Notes: generated from the letters alone by a model not told the origin. A stretch of 64,000 nucleotides of DNA from Clostridiales bacterium (GCA_004556165.1 SFIR01000001.1:286-64285); one strand, 5' to 3'. Positions 28,976 to 39,726 are shown, numbered from the stretch's first letter. Made by a program: numbers and translations.

Positions 28976-30406
28976 TTAACCCAAACGGATCCTTGCCTTC
29001 ATCCAGGGGCCGCCGTCGGAGACCTTGACCCACTCCTTGTAGCCCTTGCCGCAGAAGCCTGAGCCGCTGAGCTCGACATCCTTCGACATCATAGTGATTG
29101 ATTTGAGCAGATCGGGAACGTACCCGGTGAGCACGATCGGGGAGAAGATGCGCCCGGTAAACTTGCCGTCCTTGATCTCACGGGCAAAGCTGACCATGCA
29201 CTGGATGCCCCAGTTCTTGGGGTCCTCCATACCGCTTGTAGGTTCTTCGAGGAGCAGTCCGTCCTTAACGGATGCTATCATCTCTTCGGGAGTGCTCGTG
29301 CCGCCTTCAAACCAGGTATTTGTCATACGGGTATATGCCTTGCGTTCATAGCTTTCACGCCTGCCGTTGCCGGTGGGGGAGATGCCGAGATGCTCTGCGG
29401 AACGGGCGTCACAGAAACCTCCTGTAAGTATACCCTTGTCGATAACGACGGTATCCTGAGAGGGAGTGCCTTCATCGTCGAAGAAATAGGTTGCGGTCTG
29501 CTTGACGGCAGCAGCACCGTCATGCATGGTGACGAGGGGCGAGGCGACCTGCTGCCCGATATAGTTTTTGGCGCAGGCCCTGTCCTTGACGAACATATCC
29601 ATCTCGACACCGTGTCCGAAGGCTTCATGAACTATCATGCCCGTGACCTCAGGAGTGCATATGCATTCATATTCGCCGGGCTCGATGCTGACAGCGTCGA
29701 GGAGCTCAATCGCGACTTTGCACTCGTCAGCAACATGCTTTTCCATCTCATCCATAAGTTCTGCTCCGCCGAGATTCGAGAAACCCCTGAAGGAGTTCTT
29801 GACGGCTTCATCCTTCTTGGATAGGGCAGCAACAGCACCGTTTGACCACATGACATTCTGCTCAAGATCCTTTTCCCTTGACAGGAAGATCTTGGAGAAA
29901 CGGCGGTAGCTGAACATAGCCATGCATTCGATGATCCTATCATCGTATTTCAGCCCGAGCTCATGGATCGCTTTGAGCTTCTCAAGAATCCTCTCATCGC
30001 CGAGCTCATCGGGATCGACCTTGTATTCGGTGCTTTCGTTGATGAACAGAGGTTCATCCTTCGGGATTATGTAATCTCCCGGCTCCACACCTTCGGGAAG
30101 CTCTCCCGTGATGGGCGAGAGCTTTTCCCTTATATCATCAATAATATGAGGAATAGCTGAGGCGGTCAGCTCATTAAAGGAGTATTCGCAGCAGCCTTCC
30201 TTGTCGTAAACACGGGCGACAAAGCCCTTGCCGGAATTGAGCGCATCCTGACCGGAAGCAAGACCGGCTTTTGAACAGCTGTATTTTTTCGCAATACCGT
30301 CAACTGCGAGGACGGAGGCATACTCGTACTCTTTAAGAAGCGCATCAAGCAGCTCGCGAAGCAGTGGACGCAGCGAAGTTAAGGTTTGACTCTCGGGAAC
30401 TTTCAT
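28976..30406 (-). CDS. tldD: TldD-family zinc metalloprotease
   Basis: HEAFGHGVEMD is the HExxxH motif typical of TldD. 476 aa. Confidence 0.85.
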   Translation of the reverse strand: MKVPESQTLTSLRPLLRELLDALLKEYEYASVLAVDGIAKKYSCSKAGLASGQDALNSGKGFVARVYDKEGCCEYSFNELTASAIPHIIDDIREKLSPITGELPEGVEPGDYIIPKDEPLFINESTEYKVDPDELGDERILEKLKAIHELGLKYDDRIIECMAMFSYRRFSKIFLSREKDLEQNVMWSNGAVAALSKKDEAVKNSFRGFSNLGGAELMDEMEKHVADECKVAIELLDAVSIEPGEYECICTPEVTGMIVHEAFGHGVEMDMFVKDRACAKNYIGQQVASPLVTMHDGAAAVKQTATYFFDDEGTPSQDTVVIDKGILTGGFCDARSAEHLGISPTGNGRRESYERKAYTRMTNTWFEGGTSTPEEMIASVKDGLLLEEPTSGMEDPKNWGIQCMVSFAREIKDGKFTGRIFSPIVLTGYVPDLLKSITMMSKDVELSGSGFCGKGYKEWVKVSDGGPWMKARIRLG

Positions 30407-30452
30407 ATAATCACTGCCTTTTTAAAGACATCCTTTCTATAAGAATAAAGGT

Positions 30453-30481
30453 ATTATAGCACTTAGGTGTGTCGTTATCAA
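30453..30481 (-). promoter_or_regulatory. Sigma-A-type promoter for tldD
   Basis: Minus strand: TTGATA (30481-30476), 17 nt, TATAAT (30458-30453). Confidence 0.5.
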
Positions 30482-30511
30482 GTTCACCGAATAAAAGTTT
30501 CACATCGTTTT

Positions 30512-30543
30512 GTTGAAGTGTCACCTATGATTGACACTTCAAC
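30512..30543. repeat. Palindromic intergenic element, copy 1 (12-bp perfect arms)
   Basis: gttgaagtgtca-cctatgat-tgacacttcaac. A related copy lies at 56599-56635. Confidence 0.8.
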
Positions 30544-30565
30544 ACCGGCAGAAAAATCTCGCATC

Positions 30566-30594
30566 TTGTCAATATGTTTGAGGTATGCTATAAT
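30566..30594 (+). promoter_or_regulatory. Sigma-A-type promoter for the DUF512-der operon
   Basis: TTGTCA (30566-30571), 17 nt, TATAAT (30589-30594). Confidence 0.5.
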
Positions 30595-30634
30595 GCAAAC
30601 TGAGCTAATATGGCAACTGTCATGAGGAAGAATT

Positions 30635-31942
30635 ATGAAACAAAGGATAACGAGCGTTGACAGGAATTCTCCTGCCGCTAAAGCAGGAATAAGGGAAGGC
30701 TGTACTCTTGATTCAATAGACGGGATAGAAGTCCGGGATGTCATCGATTATGAGCATCTGACCGTAAAGGAAAAGCTTGAAATTGAGATCGGCATGCCCG
30801 ACGGCAAAGCAAAGCTGATAACGGTGAAAAAGGAGCTGTATGAACCGCTCGGACTGAATTTCGAAAGCTCACTGATGAGTCCGGTGCGCCAATGCGCCAA
30901 TCACTGCATCTTCTGTTTTATAGATCAGATGCCCCACGGCAACAGAAAAACCCTTTATTTCAAGGATGACGACTGGCGGCTTTCGCTGATAATGGGCAAC
31001 TATGTAACGCTTACAAATGTCAGCGAAAAGGAATTTGAAAGGATCATTGAAAGGCGCATTTCGCCGCTCTATATCTCCGTCCATGCGACCGACGGCGAAA
31101 TAAGAAAGAGCATGATGCGCAGCAAAAATGCCGAAGACATCCTTGAAAGGCTGACAAGGCTGCACGCTGAGGGACTGAGCTTTCATTGCCAGATTGTTCT
31201 TTGCCCCGATATAAATGATGGGGAAGTGCTGAGAAAGACGCTTGATGACCTTTACGCTCTGCGCCCCGAGTGCGCTTCCGTCGCTGTCGTGCCGGTGGGG
31301 CTCACCTGTCACCGCGAAGGGCTTACGAAGATAACTCCGATGACTAAGGCAAAGGCGGAAGAAGCGATCTCGCTGATAGAGCGCTTTAGAGCTTCCCACG
31401 GGATAAAAGGCTTTGTCTATGCTTCGGATGAGATGTATCTTGAAGCGGAAAGGGAGCTCCCTTCATACGAAGCCTGCGGCGATTTTGAACAGATAGAGAA
31501 CGGAGTCGGGCTTTACAGGAAATTCGAGCACGATTTCCTTGAAGCGCTGTCGGAACTCCCGAAGCAGGGCGAAATGATTGAATTGGATTCCGTATCGGGC
31601 GTGTCGATACAGCCGCTTATGCAGAAGCTGTTTGATAAGCTTTTACCGTATAATGTCAGGATAAAGACTCATCCGGTATTCAATGATTTCTTCGGAAGGT
31701 CCATCACGGTCAGCGGTCTTGTGACAGCAAGGGATATTCTTTCGCAGTACGGAGGAAAGCTGACGGGAAGGGCGCTGCTGCTTCCGCATACCATGCTGAG
31801 GGAACATGATACCGTATTTCTTGACGGAATGAGGATGGAAGAACTCGAAGAAAAACTTAATTTGCCCGTCCGCAGCATGGCAGCGGATGATGGTTACGAT
31901 TTCATAAACGATTTATCTGAGCTTTTGGAGGAATTGAAATAA
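30635..31942 (+). CDS. PDZ + radical-SAM-like DUF512 family protein
   Basis: N-terminal PDZ-like [27 protein letters not shown] is the CX3CX2C motif. It sits in the conserved position upstream of der in Clostridia. Confidence 0.8.
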   Translation: MKQRITSVDRNSPAAKAGIREGCTLDSIDGIEVRDVIDYEHLTVKEKLEIEIGMPDGKAKLITVKKELYEPLGLNFESSLMSPVRQCANHCIFCFIDQMPHGNRKTLYFKDDDWRLSLIMGNYVTLTNVSEKEFERIIERRISPLYISVHATDGEIRKSMMRSKNAEDILERLTRLHAEGLSFHCQIVLCPDINDGEVLRKTLDDLYALRPECASVAVVPVGLTCHREGLTKITPMTKAKAEEAISLIERFRASHGIKGFVYASDEMYLEAERELPSYEACGDFEQIENGVGLYRKFEHDFLEALSELPKQGEMIELDSVSGVSIQPLMQKLFDKLLPYNVRIKTHPVFNDFFGRSITVSGLVTARDILSQYGGKLTGRALLLPHTMLREHDTVFLDGMRMEELEEKLNLPVRSMAADDGYDFINDLSELLEELK

Positions 31943-31943
31943 A

Positions 31944-33272
31944 GTGAAACCCTTGGTAGCAATAGTGGGTCGCCCTAATGTCGGCAAATCGACCCTGTTT
32001 AATAAAATAGTCGGAAAGCGCATAGCGATAGTTGAGGACACCCCCGGCGTGACCCGTGACAGGATCTATGCCGATGCGGAATGGCTTAACTATAAATTCA
32101 CACTCATTGATACGGGCGGAATCGAGCCCGAAAGCGAGGATATAATCGCAAAGCAGATGCGCCGTCAGGCGGAGCTTGCAATCGAGACAGCGAATGTCAT
32201 TATTTTCATCGTTGACGGCAGAGCAGGCATAACCGCTGCCGACGAAGAGGTTGCCGATATGCTTCGCCGCTGTAAGAAGCCCATTGTGCTCGTCGTAAAT
32301 AAGGTTGATCATCCGAAATTCGAGGAGTGCATTTATGATTTTTACTCCCTCGGCATCGGTACGCCGATCAGCATCTCGGCGGAGCAGGGGCTCGGCATTG
32401 GTGATATGCTCGATGAAGTCGTCGCCGGATTTTCCGCCATGGGCGATGATGAGGAAGAGCATTCCATCGGTATTGCCGTTGTCGGCCGTCCGAATGTGGG
32501 TAAATCCAGCCTCGTTAATGCGCTTCTGGGGGAGGAACGCACCATTGTCAGCAATGTCCCCGGCACCACCAGGGATGCTATCGACTCGCCATTCACCTAC
32601 GGCGGCAAGGACTATACCCTGATAGATACCGCAGGCATCAGGCGTAAAAGGGCTATCGAGGATGAAACCGTCGAAAGGTACAGTGTTATCCGTTCGCTTG
32701 CGGCGATAAGAAGGTGCGATATTGCCCTCATAGTCGTCGATGCCGAGCGCGGCCTCAGCGAGCAGGATGTGCGCATTGCCGGCTATGTCCATGAGGAGGG
32801 CAAGGCAAGCGTACTGGTCGTCAATAAATGGGATGCTATCGAAAAGGATACATATACAGTCGAAAAATTCAAAAAGGAAATGCTTGCGGACCTCGCTTTC
32901 ATGAGCTATGTCCCGATGCTGTTCATTTCTGCAAAAACGGGTCAGCGCGTGCAGAAGGTCATGGAGATGGCAAGCTTTGCTTATGAGCAAAACAGCATCC
33001 GCATTACGACCGGTAAGCTCAACGACATTGTGAACGAGGCTATTACTATGAACGATCCCCCCGTGAACAACGGCAGGAGGCTCCGCGTCTACTATTCCAC
33101 CCAGGTCAGCACCTGTCCTCCGACCTTCGTTATCTTCGTCAATGAACCCGATCTCATGCATTTTTCGTACAGAAGGTACCTTGAGAACTATATCAGAAAG
33201 TCCTTCTCGATAACGGCAACCCCGATTAGGCTGATAATCAGAAAACGCGGAGAAAAGGACGATATGAACTGA
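31944..33272 (+). CDS. der: Ribosome-associated GTPase Der (EngA)
   Basis: Two G domains ([12 protein letters not shown] and [12 protein letters not shown]; DTGG/DTAG; NKVD/NKWD) plus a KH-like C-terminus. GTG start. Confidence 0.95.
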   Translation: MKPLVAIVGRPNVGKSTLFNKIVGKRIAIVEDTPGVTRDRIYADAEWLNYKFTLIDTGGIEPESEDIIAKQMRRQAELAIETANVIIFIVDGRAGITAADEEVADMLRRCKKPIVLVVNKVDHPKFEECIYDFYSLGIGTPISISAEQGLGIGDMLDEVVAGFSAMGDDEEEHSIGIAVVGRPNVGKSSLVNALLGEERTIVSNVPGTTRDAIDSPFTYGGKDYTLIDTAGIRRKRAIEDETVERYSVIRSLAAIRRCDIALIVVDAERGLSEQDVRIAGYVHEEGKASVLVVNKWDAIEKDTYTVEKFKKEMLADLAFMSYVPMLFISAKTGQRVQKVMEMASFAYEQNSIRITTGKLNDIVNEAITMNDPPVNNGRRLRVYYSTQVSTCPPTFVIFVNEPDLMHFSYRRYLENYIRKSFSITATPIRLIIRKRGEKDDMN

Positions 33273-33402
33273 ATGAGCATGACCGCTTTGAGAAAATCTT
33301 CAGGGCGGTTTTTCTTTTGCCTCAAAACGTAAATAATGTGAATAATCCCGAGCCTTTGCCCATAAGTATTTACAGATATGATAGTGATGAGCGGAGGTTC
33401 GT

Positions 33403-34884
33403 ATGACGGATACAAGTATTTACAGGGATATTGAAAAGCGTACCGGAGGTGACATCTATATCGGTGTTGTCGGCCCCGTGCGCACGGGCAAATCGACCTT
33501 TATTAAGAGATTTATGGATCTTATGGTTTTGCCGAAGATCGGAAACGAATATGCACGCGAACGCGTTATAGACGAACTGCCCCAGAGCGGAGCAGGGCGG
33601 ACGGTCATGACGACCCAGCCGAAATTCGTTCCGAATGAAGCAGTCGAGCTCGATATCGGCGATGACAATATCACGGTGCGTGTGCGCATGGTGGACTGCG
33701 TGGGATACATGGTTCCGGGCGCACTCGGAAATACGGAGGATGAGCAGCCGAGGATGGTTCGCACTCCATGGTTCGATTATGACATACCCTTTGACGAAGC
33801 AGCGGAGCTCGGAACGAAAAAGGTCATTACAGAACATTCGACGATCGGCATCGTCGTTTTGACGGACGGCAGCATTACGGGCATTTCGCGCAGCGACTAT
33901 GAGAGCGCGGAGGAACGCGTTATCAGAGAGATGAACGCAGCGGGCAAGCCCTATATCGTTCTTCTCAACAGCCTTGATCCGAATTCCGAGAGCTGCACGG
34001 AGCTTGCAAAGTCGCTTGCTGCGAAATATGAGGTTCCGGTTACTCCCGTTGACGCAATGAATATGGGCGAGGAAACGGTTCACGCCCTGCTTGAAGGCAT
34101 CCTTCGTGAATTCCCTCTTCGCATGCTTGCACTCGATATTCCCTCTTGGATAAAGGCACTCGGCTGCGATCACAGCATGCTCGCAGGCATACTTGACAGA
34201 GTAAGAAAACTCATGCCGAGGCTCAATAAGATGCGCGATGCCGCACTTATTCCGGAAGACCTGAGCGATATTCCTGATTTTAAGAAGATAAACAGGATAA
34301 AATACGATCTCGGGAGCGGCACGGCTGTATTCACGCTTGAACCAAACGATGATGTATTTTACCGCATTATCAGCGAGGAATGCGATTATCCCATCAAGGA
34401 TGAGGTCGAGCTTATCCGCTCACTCAAGGATTTCGTCAAAGCCAAGAAGGAATACGACCGCGTTTCATCAGCTATCATGGCTGCGGAAGAAACGGGTTAC
34501 GGCGTGGTGCCTCCGGAGATTGATGCGATGCAGCTTGATGAACCGGAGATCGTGCAGCATGGTTCGCGCTTCGGCGTCAGGCTGCGCGCGCATGCGTCCG
34601 GGCTCCATGTTATAAGGGTTGATATAGAAAGCGAGGTCAATCCCCTTGTCGGCACTGCGGAGCAGGGCGAAGAGCTCGTGCGCGCGCTGATGGATAAGTT
34701 TGAAAAGAATCCCGACGATATTTGGACGACAAATATTTTCGGCAAATCCCTATATGATCTCGTAAAGGACGGCATGAACGGCAAGGTCGCAAATCTTCCC
34801 GCCGATGTGCAGATGAAGCTGCAGAATACCATCAACAGAATGGTCAACGAAGGCTGCAACAGCCTTATTTGCCTGCTTCTGTAA
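33403..34884 (+). CDS. spoIVA: Stage IV sporulation protein A
   Basis: MTDTSIYRDIEKRTGGDIYIGVVGPVRTGKSTFIKRFM is the characteristic N-terminal ATPase. 493 aa. Confidence 0.95.
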   Translation: MTDTSIYRDIEKRTGGDIYIGVVGPVRTGKSTFIKRFMDLMVLPKIGNEYARERVIDELPQSGAGRTVMTTQPKFVPNEAVELDIGDDNITVRVRMVDCVGYMVPGALGNTEDEQPRMVRTPWFDYDIPFDEAAELGTKKVITEHSTIGIVVLTDGSITGISRSDYESAEERVIREMNAAGKPYIVLLNSLDPNSESCTELAKSLAAKYEVPVTPVDAMNMGEETVHALLEGILREFPLRMLALDIPSWIKALGCDHSMLAGILDRVRKLMPRLNKMRDAALIPEDLSDIPDFKKINRIKYDLGSGTAVFTLEPNDDVFYRIISEECDYPIKDEVELIRSLKDFVKAKKEYDRVSSAIMAAEETGYGVVPPEIDAMQLDEPEIVQHGSRFGVRLRAHASGLHVIRVDIESEVNPLVGTAEQGEELVRALMDKFEKNPDDIWTTNIFGKSLYDLVKDGMNGKVANLPADVQMKLQNTINRMVNEGCNSLICLLL

Positions 34885-35185
34885 CATACAAAATCCCTTC
34901 CGCACGCTGCATAAATTCTCATCGCGAAACGAAGATTACCGTTAAAAGCATGAGAAAGTATGCAGCGCTGTTTTTATATTGAAGGATTGCGCCGAATGCG
35001 CTTTTTTATTCGACAAATAAAAACAGAATTCCAAATAATTCTTGTTATAACTTCGCTCATAACGGAGAAATTAAGAACAACACGGCGAGAGAAAATGATT
35101 TTTCGGGCCCGTGATATGCTGCACCGTTCCCGTGCTGCTCCGATGAGAAGCCGAGAACGGAGCAGCGCAATGAGGAGGTGAAAAC

Positions 35186-35389
35186 ATGTCCGGAAGAAAC
35201 AGGAGGGTGCTTGTTCCCGAAGCAAAGCGCGCCATGGATAAATTCAAAAATGAAATTGCGAATTCCATGAACATTGAGCTGAAGGAGGGGTACAACGGAG
35301 ATATTTCCGCCCACGATGCAGGCAGGATCGGCGGCCAAATGGTCAAAAGCATGGTTGAATATGCTGAAAAGAATATGAAAACCGAATAG
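35186..35389 (+). CDS. Alpha/beta-type small acid-soluble spore protein
   Basis: KFKNEIANSMNI...GYNGDISAHDAGRIGGQMVKSMVE. GAGGAGG RBS. Confidence 0.9.
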   Translation: MSGRNRRVLVPEAKRAMDKFKNEIANSMNIELKEGYNGDISAHDAGRIGGQMVKSMVEYAEKNMKTE

Positions 35390-35458
35390 GATAATGCCTG
35401 AAACACTATGAAAGCCGTACCGAGTGCGGAACGGCTGTTCAGGAAAGGAGTAAAGAAA

Positions 35459-35671
35459 ATGACCAACAACAATTCCAGCAATTCTATGAATCCTAAGGAA
35501 GCAAAGCAGAAGCTCAATTCCTTCAAGAATGAGGTTGCAAGTTCCATGAACATCAATCTCCAGCAGGGCTACAACGGCGACATCACTGCACGCGATGCAG
35601 GTCGTATCGGCGGCCAGATGGTAAAGCGTATGATCGAATACGCCGAGCAGAACATGCAGGGTCAGAACTAA
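35459..35671 (+). CDS. Alpha/beta-type small acid-soluble spore protein (second copy)
   Basis: Start moved to ATG 35459 (AAAGGAG RBS). SFKNEVASSMNINLQQGYNGDITARDAGRIGGQMVKRMIE. Confidence 0.88.
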   Translation: MTNNNSSNSMNPKEAKQKLNSFKNEVASSMNINLQQGYNGDITARDAGRIGGQMVKRMIEYAEQNMQGQN

Positions 35672-35692
35672 GAAACCTCTTTAGTTCTAAAG

Positions 35693-35718
35693 AAAAACCA
35701 CCGGTGCGGTGGTTTTTT
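35693..35718 (+). terminator. Rho-independent terminator after the SASP genes
   Basis: aaaaaccaccg-gtg-cggtggtttttt. Confidence 0.85.
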
Positions 35719-35790
35719 GCGTATTAGGAGCGGCTGTCCGTCAAAAATCCCCTTCCGCTCGGAAAACAGGAAAATATAATGCAAAATCTC

Positions 35791-35819
35791 TTGCAGTGCA
35801 AACGAAAAAATAGTACAAT
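35791..35819 (+). promoter_or_regulatory. Sigma-A-type promoter for ptb-buk
   Basis: TTGCAG (35791-35796), 17 nt, TACAAT (35814-35819). Confidence 0.45.
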
Positions 35820-35889
35820 ACAGTGGTGAAGAAAGGAACGGCAGCGGCTGTTCCCACACATTGATAATTATTATCTGGAGGACTAATCC

Positions 35890-36801
35890 ATGGCAATCAA
35901 ATCCTTTGATGACCTCATTGCAAAGGTCAAATCCGGCAAAAAATCCACCGTTGCACTCGTCTGCGCGAATGATGAGCATGCGCTTCAGGCGGTTATCCAT
36001 GCTTCCGATATAGTAAATGCCGTTCTCGTCGTCGAAAAGGACAAGGTCGAAGACCTCAATAACCTTCTTGCAGAGCTCGGCAAGAATCCCTCGGATTTCG
36101 ATATCGAAGTCGTTCCCGAGGGTATGCATCCCAGCGTTTGCGCTGCAAAGCTCATCCATGCAGGCAAAGCCGATTTCCTTATGAAGGGCAAGATAATGAC
36201 AGGCAATCTTCTGAAGGGCGTTCTTGCTCCGGAAGCAGAGCTGCGTACCGGAGGGCTGATGAGCCATGTCATGCTCTTTGAGGTCCCGGGTTATCATAAG
36301 CTTCTCGGCGTTACCGACGGCGGCATGTGCACCTATCCCGACCTTGAAAAGAAGATCGGCATCGTAAAGAACGCTGTTGAGTTCTTCCACGGCATCGGCG
36401 TTGAGAAGCCCAATGTTGCAGCTCTCTGCGCTATCGAGACCGTAAACCCCAAGATGCAGGAGACCGTGGACGGTGCGGAGCTCAAGCGTATGAGCCTTGC
36501 AGGCGAACTCGGCGAATGCTATGTTGAAGGCCCCATAAGCTATGACCTCGCAATGGTTCCTGAGCTTTCGGAGGTCAAGGGCTATACCGCTTGCCCCTGC
36601 TGCGGCGATTTCGATATTCTGCTCGTACCCGAGATCGTTGTCGGAAATGTTCTCGGCAAGTGCCTTACCTATACCGCAGGCGGCCGCATGGCGGGCCTCA
36701 TCATGGGCTGCAAGGTTCCCATCGTTCTTACCAGCCGCGGCTCCAGCGCAGATGAAAAGTATTACAGCCTCGCAATGGGCGCAGGCTTCGTAGGCAAATA
36801 A
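35890..36801 (+). CDS. ptb: Phosphate butyryltransferase
   Basis: About 300-aa phosphate acyl-transferase fold (VALVCANDEHALQAV..., GKADFLMKG, VLTSRGSS). Immediately upstream of butyrate kinase. Confidence 0.85.
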   Translation: MAIKSFDDLIAKVKSGKKSTVALVCANDEHALQAVIHASDIVNAVLVVEKDKVEDLNNLLAELGKNPSDFDIEVVPEGMHPSVCAAKLIHAGKADFLMKGKIMTGNLLKGVLAPEAELRTGGLMSHVMLFEVPGYHKLLGVTDGGMCTYPDLEKKIGIVKNAVEFFHGIGVEKPNVAALCAIETVNPKMQETVDGAELKRMSLAGELGECYVEGPISYDLAMVPELSEVKGYTACPCCGDFDILLVPEIVVGNVLGKCLTYTAGGRMAGLIMGCKVPIVLTSRGSSADEKYYSLAMGAGFVGK

Positions 36802-36810
36802 GATTCGCTT

Positions 36811-37914
36811 ATGGAAAGAATTTTAGTTATCAATCCGGGTTCGACCTCGACAAAGATCGCTGTTTTCGATGATAAGGCTCAGGTCATGGCAGCGACCATC
36901 CGTCACCCTCTTGAAGAGCTCAAGGGTTATACTTGGGTAATGGATCAGTTCGAATACCGCATGAAGCATATCAACCAAACGCTTGAGGAGAAGAACATAG
37001 ATAAATCGACCCTGACCTGCGTTATGGCAAGAGGCGGACTGCTTCCGCCCGTACCCTCCGGTGCGTTTATAGTCAATCAGGAAATGATGGATTATTTCTA
37101 CGCAGCAAAGGTCAATGTTCATATTTCCAACCTTGCCTGCGTGCTCGCAGATGCTATCGCCCGGCCGCTCGGCATTCCGGCAATGGTTTATGACCCGGTC
37201 GCTGTCGATGAGCTCTTGCCCGTAGCAAGGGTCACGGGCATGCCCGATGCACCTAAGGTCAGCCGCGGTCATGTGCTCAACAGCCGCGCAATGGCAAGGA
37301 AATGCGCCGAGGAAATGGGTATACCCTTTGAAGAGGGGACTTTCATAGTGGATCATATCGGCGGCGGCTGCTCGACATGGCTCATACATAAGGGCAAGTG
37401 CATTGATTGCTACAGCGATGATGACGCAGGCTTTGCGCCGGAGCGCTGCGGCAAGATACAGGCAATGGAGCTCGCAATGCTCTGCTACAGCGGTAAGTAT
37501 ACTAAAGACGAGATGAGCCGCTATATCAGGGGCAAATCCGGCTTTGCAGCTCTGCTCGGTACGAGCGACGCCATGGAGGTCGAGAAGAACTATCTTGCAG
37601 GCGATGAAAAGACAAGGCTTGCAGTCGAAGCAATGGGCATAGGCCACGCAAAGGGTATTGCCGATCTTGCAAGCGTAGTGAACGGCAAGGTGGATCAGAT
37701 TATCATTACCGGAGGTCTTGCGTACTTCAAAGGACTAATGGATATTATCCGTGAGCATGTCGAGTGGATCGCTCCCATGCGTCTGATGCCCGGCGAGCGC
37801 GAGATGGAAGCCCTTGCACTCGGCGGACTCCGCGTCCTTCGCGGCGAAGAGGAAGCGCACGAATTCCATATAAATAAGAATTCGTTTTTGCGTGAAACGC
37901 CGAAAAAGGGATAA
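36811..37914 (+). CDS. buk: Butyrate kinase
   Basis: MERILVINPGSTSTKIAVFDD is the ASKHA N-terminus typical of Buk. 367 aa. Confidence 0.9.
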   Translation: MERILVINPGSTSTKIAVFDDKAQVMAATIRHPLEELKGYTWVMDQFEYRMKHINQTLEEKNIDKSTLTCVMARGGLLPPVPSGAFIVNQEMMDYFYAAKVNVHISNLACVLADAIARPLGIPAMVYDPVAVDELLPVARVTGMPDAPKVSRGHVLNSRAMARKCAEEMGIPFEEGTFIVDHIGGGCSTWLIHKGKCIDCYSDDDAGFAPERCGKIQAMELAMLCYSGKYTKDEMSRYIRGKSGFAALLGTSDAMEVEKNYLAGDEKTRLAVEAMGIGHAKGIADLASVVNGKVDQIIITGGLAYFKGLMDIIREHVEWIAPMRLMPGEREMEALALGGLRVLRGEEEAHEFHINKNSFLRETPKKG

Positions 37915-37948
37915 ACTAACTAAGATAAATATTGATGGAGGTATAACT

Positions 37949-38254
37949 ATGGAACTGGAGCTTACTCTTGATAATTTCGATGCAGCAATCTCGGAATCAA
38001 CTCCGATAATTGTAGATTTCTGGGCAAGCTGGTGCGGCCCCTGCCGCATGCTCGCAGGCACTGTTGAGCAGGTTGCGAATGAGAGCGACGGCAGCTATCG
38101 CGTAGGCAAGGTCAATGTCGATGAGCAGCCCGAGCTTGCAAAGCGTTATAAGGTCATGAGCATTCCGACACTTATCGTCTTCAAAAACGGTGAGATAGTT
38201 AATCAGTCGGTAGGCGTGATCCCCAAGGGAAAGATGCTCGAAATGCTGAAATAA
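37949..38254 (+). CDS. trxA: Thioredoxin
   Basis: Start set at ATG 37949 (GGAGG RBS). WASWCGPCRM active site. 101 aa. Confidence 0.92.
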   Translation: MELELTLDNFDAAISESTPIIVDFWASWCGPCRMLAGTVEQVANESDGSYRVGKVNVDEQPELAKRYKVMSIPTLIVFKNGEIVNQSVGVIPKGKMLEMLK

Positions 38255-38271
38255 TCCGCTTAATATGATGA

Positions 38272-38298
38272 ACGGGGCTGCTGAAAAGCAGTCCCGTT
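38272..38298. terminator. Stem-loop terminator between convergent trxA and the CNNM gene
   Basis: acggggctgc-tgaaaa-gcagtcccgt (one G-U pair). Confidence 0.55.
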
Positions 38299-38315
38299 CG
38301 CGTTAATAGAATTCG

Positions 38316-39689
38316 TTATCTTTCAGCCGGTACCATTTCATTTTCCCGGATGGTCACAATGGTTTTTTCAATGCGGTGATCCCGTATTTCAAGCACGTTA
38401 ATATGCATATCTTCATAATCCGTCTCAAAAGTCTTGCCGTCGGGTACGATGCTGCCGTATTCGGCAAAGACGAATCCGCCGAAGGTATCATATTCGCCCT
38501 CGGGGAATTTTCGCCTGAGAGCATGGGTAACATCATCAAGAAACGCGGAACCCGGTATTTTCCAGGTGTTGTCATCGACCTTAATGATGTCCTCGTCTGC
38601 TTCGGAAGGATCATCCTCATCGTCAATATCGCCGACGAGCTGCTCAAGGAGGTCGTTCATGGTGATAATACCGGATACTCCGCCGTATTCGTCCAGCACG
38701 ACCGCCATACTGCGCCTGCCGTGCTGCATGTTCTTAAAGAGAATGTCGGCTTTGACGCCTTCGGGTACGAAGTAAGGCTGGCGGACTGCGTTGTTCATGA
38801 CGCTGTCAATGCTGCGCTCCGAGAGCCTGAAATAATCCTTTGCGTTGAGTATGCCGACGATATCATCCGCTGTCTCGCCGCATACGGGGTAGAGTGAATG
38901 CCTCGTTTCATGGATTATTTTATCCCATTCGGAAATATCATCCTCAAGGCTGAGCATGATAATGTCGGTGCGGTGAGTTGCAATCTCTTCGGCAGTCAGG
39001 TCATCAAATTCAAATACGTTCTGGATGAGCTCCTTTTCGGTATTGTCGATAGTACCCTTTTCACTGCCGACGTCAACCATCATGCGTATTTCTTCCTCGG
39101 TAACATCGTCATCCTCCTGGTTGGGGTCAATCTTCATCAGCCTCAGTACGCCGTTGGTGGATTTGGTGAGCAGCCATACGAGCGGAGCAAAGATAACGGA
39201 TACGAATGAGAGCATACCGCTCATGCCGAGGCCCATGCTTTCGGCTTTCTTCATCGCAATACGCTTGGGGACAAGCTCGCCGAAAACCAGTGTAATATAC
39301 GAAAGAATGATGGTAATAACGATAACCGCTACGGAGTTGGGAAGCCCCGGTATCAGCTTTTCAAGGTAAACTGCAAAGTTTCCGGCTGCAAACGCACTGC
39401 CGAGGAAGCCTGCGAGCGTGATAGCGACCTGAATGGTCGAAAGAAATCTTGCCGGCTGGCTTGTAAGCTTTTTGAGCTTAACCGCTCGCTTGTCGCCTTC
39501 CGAAGCGAGCTTATTGAGCTTTGCATCGTTGATTGAGATAACGGCTATCTCGGCGCAGGCAAAGACTGCGTTGATGAAGATGAGTACGATCTGGAGAAGT
39601 ATCTGAAAGATGAGCGTACTCGGATTTGCTGCATTTACGGCAGCGGCATCGGAAAACATGCATATGAGTGGGTCGATGTCGGTTGTCAT
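38316..39689 (-). CDS. CNNM/TlyC/CorC-family membrane protein (DUF21 + CBS pair + CorC_HlyC)
   Basis: N-terminal four-TM DUF21 region, central CBS-pair region, C-terminal transporter-associated domain (TFGGFVFAEYGSIVPDG...). 457 aa. Confidence 0.85.
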   Translation of the reverse strand: MTTDIDPLICMFSDAAAVNAANPSTLIFQILLQIVLIFINAVFACAEIAVISINDAKLNKLASEGDKRAVKLKKLTSQPARFLSTIQVAITLAGFLGSAFAAGNFAVYLEKLIPGLPNSVAVIVITIILSYITLVFGELVPKRIAMKKAESMGLGMSGMLSFVSVIFAPLVWLLTKSTNGVLRLMKIDPNQEDDDVTEEEIRMMVDVGSEKGTIDNTEKELIQNVFEFDDLTAEEIATHRTDIIMLSLEDDISEWDKIIHETRHSLYPVCGETADDIVGILNAKDYFRLSERSIDSVMNNAVRQPYFVPEGVKADILFKNMQHGRRSMAVVLDEYGGVSGIITMNDLLEQLVGDIDDEDDPSEADEDIIKVDDNTWKIPGSAFLDDVTHALRRKFPEGEYDTFGGFVFAEYGSIVPDGKTFETDYEDMHINVLEIRDHRIEKTIVTIRENEMVPAER

Positions 39690-39726
39690 GGTTATGTTTT
39701 ATTTCTCGCTCGCGGATTTTGCGTAC

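Noticed and set aside
27703-30406. TldD/PmbA pair as the missing protease of the peptide cassette
   Set aside because: TldD/E does process microcin B17. Here, however, the genes are about 16 kb away, on the other strand, with their own promoter and terminator, and they are near-universal housekeeping genes. There is no evidence of linkage.
34900-35185. Forespore sigma-F/sigma-G promoter for the SASP genes (for example GCATA-N15-ACGAAGATT at ~34909-34937) and the 9-bp hairpin gctgctccg/cggagcagc at 35134-35166
   Set aside because: The promoter-like match is weak and lies about 250 nt from the start codon. I could not identify a convincing GnATr-N18-CATnnTA sigma-G motif by eye. The hairpin is real, but its role (5' stabiliser?) is unsupported.
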